Shown piece after piece: positions 19,536 to 28,588 of a stretch of DNA of 64,000 bases. The notes below the pieces were generated by a model, which saw nothing but the letters and a program-made list of their open reading frames with translations, was not told where the DNA came from and searched no databases. This stretch comes from a virus (Duplodnaviria; Caudoviricetes): positions 64,001 to 128,000 of IMG/VR virus record IMGVR_UViG_3300043177_000122, one strand, 5' to 3'. The position numbers and the translations under genes are program-made. Numbering within the stretch: the stretch's first letter is position 1; each line of letters starts with the position of its first letter.

Positions 19536-19559
19536 AATATATTACGTTGAATATCAAGT

Positions 19560-19783
19560 TTATAGAATATGATTCCAAGTAATTTTTCTAACGGCTCGTG
19601 AAATTGCTGACTCGCTCACATTATTATCAAAACCATATTTTCTAATGCTTTGATAAAGAGGTTTTTGTTTAGTTTTGTAAAAGCTTCATACTTATGACGA
19701 CTCCATCATCTTTTAAGATTATTGGTTTGCCCAACATAAAGCTTTGAATTAATATTATTGCGAATAATATAGATGTAATACAT
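19560..19783 (-). pseudogene. GIY-YIG homing endonuclease remnant
   Basis: MYYIYIIRNNINSKLYVGQTNNLKR*WSRH (TGA 19708-19706), frameshift to PLYQSIRKYGFDN, then a jump to the C-terminal VSESAISRAVRKITWNHI. Confidence 0.75.
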
Positions 19784-19804
19784 GCCTACTCCTATATTAC
19801 ATTA

Positions 19805-20317
19805 TTGATAGGGTGTGGTGGTGCAGGTGATGTTTTGATTGAAATAATTACAGGCGATTTTTTGGAAGCCAAAGAAAAATATATTGTACACCAGACTAAC
19901 TGTATCTCTACTAATGGGGCAGCCGGGATTGCGAAGGATATTTTCGATAAATATCCTTATGCAGACTGTTACGTATCTCGCACCGAACCAAGTAAGCCCG
20001 GTACAATTGATATCCGTGGCAACGGATTAGATCAAAGATTGATTGTTAATCTTTACGGTCAGGTTTATCCTGGGCGATGCAGATACCCACTTTCAAGTTT
20101 AGATGGACTGGTAGCTCGTGAGAAATACTTTTACCACGGGTTACTACGTCTGGCCAAGATTGAGGGGCTGGAAAGTATAGCATTGCCGTGGAGGGTGGGG
20201 TGTGGGATCGCTGGTGGGAACTGGGAACATTATCTTGGAACAATTAATAATTTCGCTCAATATGTTAAGGAAAAGGGCGTTGATGTTCGCATCTATCGTC
20301 GTTCAGGAGACGAATAA
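19805..20317 (+). CDS. Macrodomain (ADP-ribose hydrolase)
   Basis: ITGDFLEA, IVHQTNC, GIAKDIF..YP, IVNLYGQ, IALPWRVGCGIAGGNW. Confidence 0.82.
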   Translation: MIGCGGAGDVLIEIITGDFLEAKEKYIVHQTNCISTNGAAGIAKDIFDKYPYADCYVSRTEPSKPGTIDIRGNGLDQRLIVNLYGQVYPGRCRYPLSSLDGLVAREKYFYHGLLRLAKIEGLESIALPWRVGCGIAGGNWEHYLGTINNFAQYVKEKGVDVRIYRRSGDE

Positions 20318-20666
20318 TGTCTGATGAAAAGAAAAAGTCTTATCTAGACTATGATTTCAAAAATCAAGAAGCTCCATATCAAGCGGCCAAGACAAATATT
20401 CAATCTGAGATCGATGAGATTCACAAGGCCACTAAAGCTAATGGTACTCGTCTTCTTGAACAAAAAGTTACTATGCGCCCGGATTGGGATCTCAGATTTT
20501 GTTTAAATCTTTGATGACAGGCAGAAAATATCGTATGTTCATTTCTGATTTTCATGACATGATGCTTACAAAAAAGATGCAAGATAATGTTATTGAAGGC
20601 GAATTTACCTTTGTTAAAAAGGGCAGAGTGCAGGGATTTAGAATGATCCTGCCGCCCGCACCTTGA
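20317..20666 (+). other. Two overlapping partial ORFs, probable deletion junction
   Basis: MSDEKKK... switches frame near 20480 to GSQILFKSLMTGRKYRMFISDF...GEFTFVKKG; the second part has no RBS. Confidence 0.4.
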
Positions 20667-20690
20667 CTTTAATTATTGAAAATACAGATT
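20663..20690 (+). promoter_or_regulatory. sigma70-like promoter
   Basis: TTGACT-N16-CAGATT. Confidence 0.45.
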
Positions 20691-20726
20691 TAGTTATTAG
20701 CCGCGTAGCGGTGTAAGGAGAAACAA

Positions 20727-21161
20727 ATGTCTAATTTGGAAGATACAGTTCGTTCGGTTGTGCAGGATTTCATTAATCGTGAAGTTCTTTTCACGGCATT
20801 GGATGTTAGCAATTCGGTCAAGCAGAGCTTGCCCCAAGTTCGTCATCGTGAAGTGAGGGATGTTGTTCGTAGCATTTTCTCTACTGAGATTGAGACTCAA
20901 GGTTGGGCTCGTACGCCTATTACCGTAACCTTAGGTGATGGTACTGCGGCCGAAGCCCTCTTGTATCACCCATTAACTGACTCTTGGGATTTGGATAACA
21001 AATATAATACTCAGCAACGTCAAGCGGTCCCAGTCCGCCCAGTGCAGCAAGCTCAGGCTACAATCGCCGCACCCGCTCCTGTTGCAGTTCCTCTTCCAAC
21101 CGCCCGCACACTTTGGGACAGTTTGTTTCAGACACAACCATCTCTTTTCCCCAAAAAGTGA
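20727..21161 (+). CDS. Hypothetical protein with Ala/Pro-rich tail
   Basis: AAGGAG RBS; clean ORF. Confidence 0.55.
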   Translation: MSNLEDTVRSVVQDFINREVLFTALDVSNSVKQSLPQVRHREVRDVVRSIFSTEIETQGWARTPITVTLGDGTAAEALLYHPLTDSWDLDNKYNTQQRQAVPVRPVQQAQATIAAPAPVAVPLPTARTLWDSLFQTQPSLFPKK

Positions 21162-21164
21162 TTT

Positions 21165-21970
21165 ATGCAGCGCAATATAATTCTGTATCGAGGCATTGAC
21201 TTCGAAAAGGAAGAGTTGAGCGAAGCACACCAATTCTTTGAATGTACTAGACGCCGCCCAGATATTCGAAAGGACGATCTAGTTATTGGCAGGTATTCGC
21301 TTTTACCTTTCTATTTGGAACGGGCCAAAGACATTCAGTATGTAGGTGCAAAGCTGATTAACGATTATCAGCAGCATCGCTACATTGCTGACCTACAGAA
21401 CTATGTTGTTGATCTTTAAGAGTTGACTCCACGTATTTGGACGAGTCCTGCTGACTTGCCAGATAAAGGTCAATTCGTCCTAAAAAAGGCGAGACTAATT
21501 CTCGTAAGTCTAATTGGAAGCGAGATATGTTTGCGCCCGACAAAAAAGCTGCAATTGAGGTCTATTCTAGATTAATGGACGATAGTTTAATCTGACAGCA
21601 GAATATTTACATCCGCCGGTATGAACCTATGGTAACATACCTAGAAGGAGTTAATGGTATTCCGATTACCAAGGAGTTTAGATTTTTTATTTCCTATGGA
21701 CAAATTCTGAGTAGTGGTTACTATTGGGCTAACTATATTGATCAGTTGCCTGAAGTCCCATCTCCTGATGAAGTTCCTCGTGAATTTTTGCAAGAAGTTA
21801 TTGAGCGTGTTGGTAATCAATCTAACTTCTATACCATTGATGTAGGGCAATCAGTTTCTGGTAAATGGTTTGTAGTAGAATTGAATGATGGGCAACAAGC
21901 TGGGCTTTCATGCAATGATCCATTTACGCTATATAAGAATCTAGATAAAGCTATCAGAAATAAAAATTAA
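21165..21970 (+). pseudogene. ATP-grasp (R2K/DUF4343-like) protein with three lesions
   Basis: TAA 21417-21419, frameshift in A6 21482-21487 (LK/GETNSRK), TGA 21593-21595; C-terminus EFRFF, YTIDVG, VVELNDGQQAGL. Confidence 0.75.
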
Positions 21971-22572
21971 GTCTTAGTTTTATCATCAGGGCCGAGTTTA
22001 TTTTCTGGCCCTAGAAAGCTTCTTCTAGCCGCTGGTGGTGGTTCAGTTGGAGTTTCTGAGCCGGCACTTCCTGGTGGAACAATAAGAGGATGTTGAATCA
22101 TATAATCTTTTAGTTCAGTTGCTAACTGTTTCAAAGCATCAATACTACGAATCTGTGGATGCTGTAGTTGAGTACTGGTAACAAAATCTTCGTTAGTAAT
22201 TTTTAAATGGTGTTTAGCTAGAAAGTCTAAATTATCCAATATAATTTTAGTAGACCTATCAAAAACATACTGAACCAGCTTTTCAGCGGCCCTATAAGGT
22301 TTATCCTCTTGTATACTCTTGTTAATAGTAATTAGTTCTTGGTAAGTTTTTGCAAATAACGCGAACATTTTGTGGTCAAACTTACGCTCTTTGAGCATAT
22401 AAAGATTCCCGCCCATTTCATTAATAATAATGCGTAGTTGTCTAGTGAAATGGTCATAAAACTTAGAAAGTCTATTGCGCTGTTCTTGATACTGCTTATT
22501 GTTTGGAGAAGTGCCTTTATCAGCTAGAGTGACGAAATTTTCAGCCATTTCTAAGATTTTTTGGATAGACAT
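21967..22572 (-). CDS. Hypothetical protein (isolated minus-strand gene)
   Basis: 201-aa ORF with AGGT RBS; N-terminal IQKILEMAENFVTLA. Confidence 0.6.
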   Translation of the reverse strand: MSIQKILEMAENFVTLADKGTSPNNKQYQEQRNRLSKFYDHFTRQLRIIINEMGGNLYMLKERKFDHKMFALFAKTYQELITINKSIQEDKPYRAAEKLVQYVFDRSTKIILDNLDFLAKHHLKITNEDFVTSTQLQHPQIRSIDALKQLATELKDYMIQHPLIVPPGSAGSETPTEPPPAARRSFLGPENKLGPDDKTKT

Positions 22573-22591
22573 TTAGTTACCTAATAGTTAT

Positions 22592-23209
22592 ATGAAATTA
22601 TTCAATACTATTCAAGAGCTGTGGGATTATTGCAGGTATTGTCCCATTTGTACAAGAAATTGTCGCGAGGTAATGGTTTCTGTAGGGCCAGACTTTTCTT
22701 TCATTCTAATTTCTCATTCTAAAAAAGATACAAATTTAGTTTTACAATGTATGTATAAAAGAAAGGGTGACATCTATAACGTTGACTATCAAATTAACTG
22801 TATAGATAATACCTTTCATATTACAGAGCCTAAAGTGGTTCAATTGGCAACTGAACTTGCCAAGCCAGAAAAAGTTAAAGAAGCCTATTTCTATTTCTTT
22901 ATTGAGGGTTTGTGTAATGAGTGTAATAGCTCGTCCACAAATAGTCAAGATTTAGAATTTGATTTGGAGGGCGGAACGATTTCTAATATGGGTCTAGAGC
23001 GTGAGAATTTTTATCTCTTTGAGACAGAAGAAAAATTCCATATCACTTCCATTCACGACCGCAATATAATGCTGGTCAGCCGCCTCTATCAAAACGGGGA
23101 AATTAGCTTCTCTGAGAGCAAGACGATAGAATTACCTATAGTTAAACTTGATCTTTCTGATCAAGCAAAAACTGTTAACAAGCTTAAAACTTTAATTCTG
23201 TTTAGTTGA
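22592..23209 (+). CDS. Hypothetical protein with CxxC pairs; C-terminal KLKTLILFS motif
   Basis: CRYCPIC, CNEC; 205-aa ORF. Confidence 0.55.
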   Translation: MKLFNTIQELWDYCRYCPICTRNCREVMVSVGPDFSFILISHSKKDTNLVLQCMYKRKGDIYNVDYQINCIDNTFHITEPKVVQLATELAKPEKVKEAYFYFFIEGLCNECNSSSTNSQDLEFDLEGGTISNMGLERENFYLFETEEKFHITSIHDRNIMLVSRLYQNGEISFSESKTIELPIVKLDLSDQAKTVNKLKTLILFS

Positions 23210-23218
23210 AAGGAAATC

Positions 23219-23422
23219 ATGTCTACTTTCAGTGATGCAAATCAGGTGCGCCTTTTGTTAAAAATGAAACTATCTGTGTACGCATGGTATAGCTCCAGTA
23301 CAGTCGTTTCTATAGACGATGGTTTTGGTGTTGTTATTGGCGTTAAGCAGATGGATAATTCTATTCGGAAACTAATCCCTCCGGTTGTCAATGACATTTC
23401 TGTGAAGGCAGAAGTAGAATGA
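23219..23422 (+). CDS. Hypothetical protein
   Basis: AAGGA RBS. Confidence 0.5.
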   Translation: MSTFSDANQVRLLLKMKLSVYAWYSSSTVVSIDDGFGVVIGVKQMDNSIRKLIPPVVNDISVKAEVE

Positions 23423-23462
23423 AAATCAAACGTATTTCAGATCAATTTGTTAGGAATTTAAG

Positions 23463-24134
23463 ATGCGACTTTGCCATATTAGCGATACTCACGGCAAATT
23501 TCCTTGTCTCTATGGGCGATATGATGCCGTTATCCATACGGGAGATCTATTCCCAAACAGCAATGCTGTAATGGTCGGTGATCGTAATGCAGAAATGTCG
23601 TACCAACTCAAATGGCTGCGTAATAGTATGGAAGAAATAAAGTCCTGGCTGCAAGACCATCCATTTTTGTATGTTCCTGGTAACCATGACTTTTTACCCT
23701 CCAGTCTAATGGAATTTGAAATGCGTAGCGCTGGACTAGAAGCTTTTGATTTAACAGACAAAACGCTTATGTTCAAAGGTGTAAATTTCTATGGTTTTCC
23801 ATACGTACCATATATTTCTGGTATGTGGAATTACGAGCGCCATTTTCCCGAAATGCAAAAAGAAGTTGACAAAATGGTAACAGTAATCAATAAGGAATTT
23901 GTTGATGTTATTGCTTGTCATGCTCCGCCCTATAAACAGCTTGACCTAACCATGGGTAATAAGGTTGTAGGTTGCCAGACAATGGCTACGGCGCTAGACT
24001 ATAAGATCAGCAAAGATATGATGCCTTCATATTTCTTGTGTGGTCATATCCATGAAGCTAATGGAATGTCTGTTCGCAATGGAATGATGATTAGCAATGC
24101 GGCGACCACGCGACATATTATAGAAATAATATAG
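23463..24134 (+). CDS. Calcineurin-like metallophosphoesterase (MPPED-like)
   Basis: HISDTHG, HTGDL, VPGNHD, HAPP, CGHIHE. Confidence 0.85.
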   Translation: MRLCHISDTHGKFPCLYGRYDAVIHTGDLFPNSNAVMVGDRNAEMSYQLKWLRNSMEEIKSWLQDHPFLYVPGNHDFLPSSLMEFEMRSAGLEAFDLTDKTLMFKGVNFYGFPYVPYISGMWNYERHFPEMQKEVDKMVTVINKEFVDVIACHAPPYKQLDLTMGNKVVGCQTMATALDYKISKDMMPSYFLCGHIHEANGMSVRNGMMISNAATTRHIIEII

Positions 24135-24292
24135 TAATAAAAGGTTGAATGTACAGTTTACGCTATGAATGCCAAGGAAGCTCGCAAAAAACTTACCTCT
24201 TCTAAACCCTGGAATAAGACAAATACAGAAGATGAAATTTCAAGAATTGAACTTGATAATTGGAAAATCCTTGTTTCTCCTAAGGAGATATC

Positions 24293-24919
24293 ATGAAGGT
24301 CAAACCTAAAGAAGTAATGGTGAATCTCCCGGTGGCTCTTCTATTTGATGAGCCCTGGGAGATCATCTCCTTTGCCGCTAATATCAACACAATTCTACAC
24401 GGCAAAGTCAAATTGAAAGTTGAAGAGCTGGGTACACTTGGTGGAAGGCATGTTGGTATTTTCTACCTTGATCGTAATGGTGAGTATCATCAGATTCGTG
24501 ATGAATTCGTTCGTTTGATTGAGCAAGAAGAGATTGTGAATCATTCACCTCCAGCTTTAAGTGAAGAGGATCGGATTGCTGAACAATATGATGAGAATTT
24601 TGGTGACAATAAGCTTTGTTTATGTGGTCACCCTTATTATCGTCATTTTGACACTTATGATCATATGTCAGCTATAGGTTGTAAGTATTGTTACAAATAT
24701 ACTGACAGGCACGTCCTTGATAAAGAGTGCCCATACTTTAAAGAGCAGAAAGATTCTACGGCAGATAAACATCCAAGAGAAGAAGACAAATATGCTCATG
24801 GTCTGTGCCCAGATTGTGATGAGTATTCTATGCTCCATCAAAAAGGAGAAGACCATTGCCGATGCGGTAGCGAAATAAATAATGGCGTTTGTGAGGTTTT
24901 AAGGAAGCAATATGCGTAA
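24293..24919 (+). CDS. Cys/His-rich hypothetical protein
   Basis: AAGGAG RBS; CLCGH.YYRH, GCKYC, CPDC, CRCG. Confidence 0.5.
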   Translation: MKVKPKEVMVNLPVALLFDEPWEIISFAANINTILHGKVKLKVEELGTLGGRHVGIFYLDRNGEYHQIRDEFVRLIEQEEIVNHSPPALSEEDRIAEQYDENFGDNKLCLCGHPYYRHFDTYDHMSAIGCKYCYKYTDRHVLDKECPYFKEQKDSTADKHPREEDKYAHGLCPDCDEYSMLHQKGEDHCRCGSEINNGVCEVLRKQYA

Positions 24920-25407
24920 ACATCAAGTTACTTTTTATAGTCCTGGAACTTTTGTATCTGAAGCGACCACTCGCGATATCGATAGCTGGGATACCACACC
25001 CAACTTATCTTCATGTCTGCCGTCAAATTGACCAAACCCTTAAAGACCTAAAGCCATAGAAAGTAATCTCGGGCATGGCTTTAGGAGTGGACCAATGGGC
25101 AGCTAACATTGCATATAAGCTGGGCATCCCTTTTATTGCCGCTGTGCCTTTTGAGGGCCAGGAGAAGGCGTGGCCCGAGCAATCCCAGAAAGTATTTAAT
25201 ATATTGATTGGAAAGGTCGCAGAGGTGGTTATCGTCAGCCCCGGAGGTTACACTGCTTACAAGATGCAAGTTCGTAACGAGTGGATGGTTGACAGGGCGG
25301 ATAAGGTCATTGCTATTTGGGATGGAACGCCCGGTGGAACTGGCAATTGTGTAAATTACGCCAAGTCTAAAAATAAGGAAATTATTTTTATTAACCCGCG
25401 CGGTTGA
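24912..25407 (+). pseudogene. Chimera: N-terminus of a small ORF joined to a YspA/SLOG (DUF1273-like) gene with an internal stop
   Basis: MRKHQVTFYSPGTF... then PTYLHVCRQIDQTLKDLKP*KVISGMALGVDQWAA (TAG 25057-25059), RNEWMVD, WDGTPGGT.NCV.YA. Confidence 0.72.
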
Positions 25408-25431
25408 CCCGACGAAAAACTGTGTTACATT
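25404..25431 (+). promoter_or_regulatory. sigma70-like promoter upstream of the Leu tRNA block
   Basis: TTGACC-N16-TACATT. Confidence 0.6.
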
Positions 25432-25469
25432 GGGCAACTCTAGCAATAAAGATATATAGTAACACTATT

Positions 25470-25555
25470 GCCGAAGTGGTGGAATGGCAGACACAGAAGT
25501 CTCAAAAACTTCCGGGCGCAAGCCCATGTGGGTTCGACTCCCACCGTTGGCACCA
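25470..25555 (+). tRNA. tRNA-Leu(CAA)
   Basis: GAAGT-CT-CAA-AA-ACTTC arm, long V arm, GTTCGA, CCA; A6:G67 mismatch. Confidence 0.93.
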
Positions 25556-25585
25556 ATTCATTTCTAATTTTGATTAAATAATATC

Positions 25586-26047
25586 ATGAATCTAAAGAAT
25601 TTGTTGACCTTGACAATTCGCACCATGGATTTTAACTTGGTTGCGCAACAGCCAGAGCTTTTAGCAAAATTACGGAAACTTACACTAGATCCCTCTTCTG
25701 GAATGAATCATGAGTTGGATCGAATGTTAGAAGATGTAAAAACCCGTTCTGTTAATTGTACAGTTATTTTGGCTTATCGATTTAGTACATTAGTAGGTTG
25801 GAGCATTCTTTCTAAGGAAAATACCACCTACCATTTCTCGCGTGCTCCTGATGGATTTAATGCCGAACATGGTGTTATGTTTCAAGTCTTCGTAGACCCA
25901 GAGTACCGGCGCCAAGGTATTGCAACGGAACTTTATAAAAAGGCTCAGGCACTAGCAAAAACGGAATTGATCTATGTTTGCCCATGGGATACAAGAAGTC
26001 GTTTTTTCTATGAAAAATTCCCTGATGTCAAAACTAAATGGATGTAA
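25586..26047 (+). CDS. GNAT acetyltransferase
   Basis: VFVDPEYRRQGIATEL acetyl-CoA motif. Confidence 0.8.
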   Translation: MNLKNLLTLTIRTMDFNLVAQQPELLAKLRKLTLDPSSGMNHELDRMLEDVKTRSVNCTVILAYRFSTLVGWSILSKENTTYHFSRAPDGFNAEHGVMFQVFVDPEYRRQGIATELYKKAQALAKTELIYVCPWDTRSRFFYEKFPDVKTKWM

Positions 26048-26082
26048 TATCTAGTAATAATAGGTTATATACAGTACACGAT

Positions 26083-26166
26083 GCGGATATGGTGGAACGG
26101 CAGACACAGCAGTCTTAGAAGCTGCCGCCGAAAGGCGTGAGAGTTCAAGTCTCTCTATCCGCACCA
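26083..26166 (+). tRNA. tRNA-Leu(TAG)
   Basis: GCAGT-CT-TAG-AA-GCTGC, long V arm, CCA. Confidence 0.95.
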
Positions 26167-26195
26167 AAGTAAGATGAAGTATTCGAAAGTATTAC

Positions 26196-26282
26196 GTTCA
26201 TGTGGTGGAATGGCAGACACACCAGTCTCAGAAGCTGGCGTCCGTAAGGACATTGAGGGTTCGACTCCCTCCAGGAACACCA
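26196..26282 (+). tRNA. tRNA-Leu(CAG)
   Basis: CCAGT-CT-CAG-AA-GCTGG, long V arm, CCA; A5:G68 mismatch. Confidence 0.93.
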
Positions 26283-26285
26283 AAT

Positions 26286-26371
26286 GCGGTTGTGTCGTAA
26301 TGGCAGCCGAGCTAGAATGAGAGTCTAGTGCCCGAAAGGGCGTGTGGGTTCGAGTCCCACCAACCGCACCA
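26286..26371 (+). tRNA. tRNA-Leu(GAG)
   Basis: CTAGA-AT-GAG-AG-TCTAG (atypical A32), long V arm, CCA. Confidence 0.85.
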
Positions 26372-26440
26372 GTGATTAAATATTCTAAAGAGTTATTAGA
26401 AACTGCATCTCAAGCAGATGCTACTTAATCGTGAGAAGAT

Positions 26441-26836
26441 TTAAGAATATTTCTTAAGTAGTGAGTCAGTAACTTCAACACAAGCCTTCTTGGATTTCTT
26501 TTCAGATTTTCCAATACTTGGATACTTAGAATGAACTTTACGGCTGACTAAGTCCTGCAAACCTTTGAGACTTCCTGAGTACCAGGGTGGAGCAGAACTA
26601 TACTGATGGACGCGGGCCAAAGCATTACGTGCTTGATCTTCGTCATTAATTGGGAAATGGTCCTTCTTATCCTTAGCAGACTCAGCGGGCACACAAACGG
26701 TGCCTCTATTACGCACCTTAGCTTTAGGATCAAGTTTCTTCTTGTCCTTCTTCTTAGCTTCAGTCATTAAAGAATTGATAGCTGTTTTTTCAAAAGCAAT
26801 TGCTTGCTCTAAAACCTGTTCGACGTTATTTATCAT
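26441..26836 (-). CDS. Hypothetical basic protein (HFPI.D...ARNALAR, DUF6582-like)
   Basis: Lys-rich; N-terminal VEQVLEQAIAFEKTA. Confidence 0.55.
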   Translation of the reverse strand: MINNVEQVLEQAIAFEKTAINSLMTEAKKKDKKKLDPKAKVRNRGTVCVPAESAKDKKDHFPINDEDQARNALARVHQYSSAPPWYSGSLKGLQDLVSRKVHSKYPSIGKSEKKSKKACVEVTDSLLKKYS

Positions 26837-27614
26837 TGTGCTTCCCCTTCTTTTCTTGGCGGCGTTTGGTTCTAGAAGGAGATTTGAGTTTTAACTCTTT
26901 CTTCCATTCTGGATATGAACGCCCAAACACAGCTCTATCTTCTCCTTGATCGCGAATAATAACATATCCACCATCTGTCATGCTAAATGGCTTGGAAAGT
27001 TTACCTAACCAATCAAATTTAGCACCAGCAGGAGGGGCAGGATCAAACCAAGCAGGAAGGACAAAATTAGAAACTGTGACTGTAGCTCCATCAACCTCTA
27101 CATCATAGTAATCGCTCTCAACAGGGTCTGCCACTTCTAAAGCGTAACTTAATCCTTCTTTCCAATTATCTGCCCAATAGTTAGCCTGTGGGTCCATCAT
27201 AATTTCTAATACCTCATGTGACAATACGGTAGAAATAGGAAGATTGTGCTTTTGGGTAACTTTCACAAAGACGCGGCCATATGGTAATCCATCAGGCCCA
27301 TCAGAATGATAGCCAAGAGCACCCGCAATATCAGCATCATCGAACACTAAAACTTTGAACGCGCCAAGCTCAGTAACAGCTTCGGAGTCTCTATAAACAA
27401 CTTTAGGTGGTTTTAAATCCCAAGTTGGTGCAGCGTGCTCACGAGCCTGTTTCGCAACACCTAAAGTCATGAGTTTTACATCTTCATTTGAAATAATTGA
27501 AGATTTATTGATGACTGCAATAAGCATATTTCCATCTTCACCAAGATTTACAGGTGGTGAAGTAACGGTATTATTTGAGCCAGTAAGCCAATTCCAAAAC
27601 TTTTTAAAGCACAT
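26826..27614 (-). CDS. Zincin-like putative metallopeptidase
   Basis: GALGYH, SHEVLEIMMDP, LEVADPVE, VSNFVLPAWFDP. Confidence 0.6.
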   Translation of the reverse strand: MCFKKFWNWLTGSNNTVTSPPVNLGEDGNMLIAVINKSSIISNEDVKLMTLGVAKQAREHAAPTWDLKPPKVVYRDSEAVTELGAFKVLVFDDADIAGALGYHSDGPDGLPYGRVFVKVTQKHNLPISTVLSHEVLEIMMDPQANYWADNWKEGLSYALEVADPVESDYYDVEVDGATVTVSNFVLPAWFDPAPPAGAKFDWLGKLSKPFSMTDGGYVIIRDQGEDRAVFGRSYPEWKKELKLKSPSRTKRRQEKKGKHNDK

Positions 27615-27645
27615 AGTTTAATCCAATTTTTTTATTTGGTAGGTG

Positions 27646-27673
27646 TTGACGAAATAAAGGGGAGGGTTATATT
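27646..27673 (+). promoter_or_regulatory. sigma70-like promoter upstream of the His/Glu tRNAs
   Basis: TTGACG-N16-TATATT. Confidence 0.65.
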
Positions 27674-27712
27674 ACTTACTACTAATAATTAGGCAATAAT
27701 ATTGCTACGTAT

Positions 27713-27789
27713 GGTGGGCGTTTACATCTGGTGATGTTGCGAGATTGTGACCCTCGCTAGGCTCGGTTCGAATCCGGCCGTTCACCCCA
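27713..27789 (+). tRNA. tRNA-His(GTG) #1, G-1 encoded
   Basis: Loop TT-GTG-AC; G-1:C73; CCA. Confidence 0.9.
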
Positions 27790-27799
27790 ACACTTTTAT

Positions 27800-27876
27800 G
27801 GTGATCGTATCCGAGTGGTTTCAGGAGACTGGCTGTGACCCAGTTCACGCGGGTTCAATTCCCGTCGATCACCCCA
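27800..27876 (+). tRNA. tRNA-His(GTG) #2, G-1 encoded
   Basis: ACTGG-CT-GTG-AC-CCAGT; G-1:C73; CCA. Confidence 0.94.
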
Positions 27877-27880
27877 AGAT

Positions 27881-27956
27881 GGTCCCATCATCTAAAGGTT
27901 CAGGATGAGAGATTTTCACTCTCTTCATAGGGGTTCGAATCCCCTTGGGATCACCA
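27881..27956 (+). tRNA. tRNA-Glu(TTC)
   Basis: AGAGA-TT-TTC-AC-TCTCT; CCA. Confidence 0.93.
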
Positions 27957-27957
27957 A

Positions 27958-28380
27958 ATGAAAATTTGCAGTAAATGCAAAATTGATAAAGAATTAGAAG
28001 AGTTTAATAGAAATTCGACTAAACAAGATGGATCACAGACAATCTGCCGAGATTGTAGTAATAAAAAATCAGCACAGCATTACGCTGTAAATAAACAAGA
28101 TTATAGAGATAGTAAAAGAAAATCTGTCCAAACATTACGTGAATATGTTCTTAGTTATTTATTAGAACATCCTTGTATTGATTGCTCAGAATATGATCCA
28201 GTATGTTTAGATTTTGATCATGTATCTGGTGATAAAGTTAGAAATATTGCAGATATGATTCATGCAGGAGTATCATTAGATAATATCAAACTAGAAATTG
28301 AAAAATGTGTAGTTTGTTGTGCTAATTGCCATCGAAAGAAGACTGCGAAAGATTTTGATTGGTTTAAGAATCGAAAATGA
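27958..28380 (+). CDS. HNH-type homing endonuclease inside the tRNA array
   Basis: CSKC...CRDC, HPCIDC, LDFDHV, EIEKC.V.CANCHR..T. Confidence 0.8.
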   Translation: MKICSKCKIDKELEEFNRNSTKQDGSQTICRDCSNKKSAQHYAVNKQDYRDSKRKSVQTLREYVLSYLLEHPCIDCSEYDPVCLDFDHVSGDKVRNIADMIHAGVSLDNIKLEIEKCVVCCANCHRKKTAKDFDWFKNRK

Positions 28381-28559
28381 AAGTTCTAATTGCTTGTTTA
28401 TTTCTATCGGGTTGTTTTCTCACAAATCATCCACAATACTGCCACACTGATGGCGATTGTTTAAACGGCCAATGGTGTCCAACAATTAGGGCGCCATCTC
28501 AACCACCTGATATTTGTAAGGGAAAAGCAATTATTAATCACAATATTTTAGCTGACTAA
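28377..28559 (+). CDS. Small Cys-rich lipoprotein
   Basis: LSGC lipobox; CHTDGDCLNGQWC. Confidence 0.5.
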   Translation: MKVLIACLFLSGCFLTNHPQYCHTDGDCLNGQWCPTIRAPSQPPDICKGKAIINHNILAD

Positions 28560-28588
28560 CTGTCAATAAAGTGATATAAAATACGTAC

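Noticed and set aside
2112-25059. Alternative genetic code (stop reassignment) suggested by in-frame stops
   Set aside because: The stops are of all three types and fall at different expected residues (TGA at Gly, Trp and Arg positions; TAG at Glu; TAA at Lys/Glu). TGA and TAG terminate many intact genes (ATGA overlaps at 7183, 9132, 10233, 15064, 30490). No suppressor tRNA is seen.
26083-26166. Amber suppressor tRNA
   Set aside because: TAG here is the anticodon (reads CUA, Leu); an amber suppressor would have CTA.
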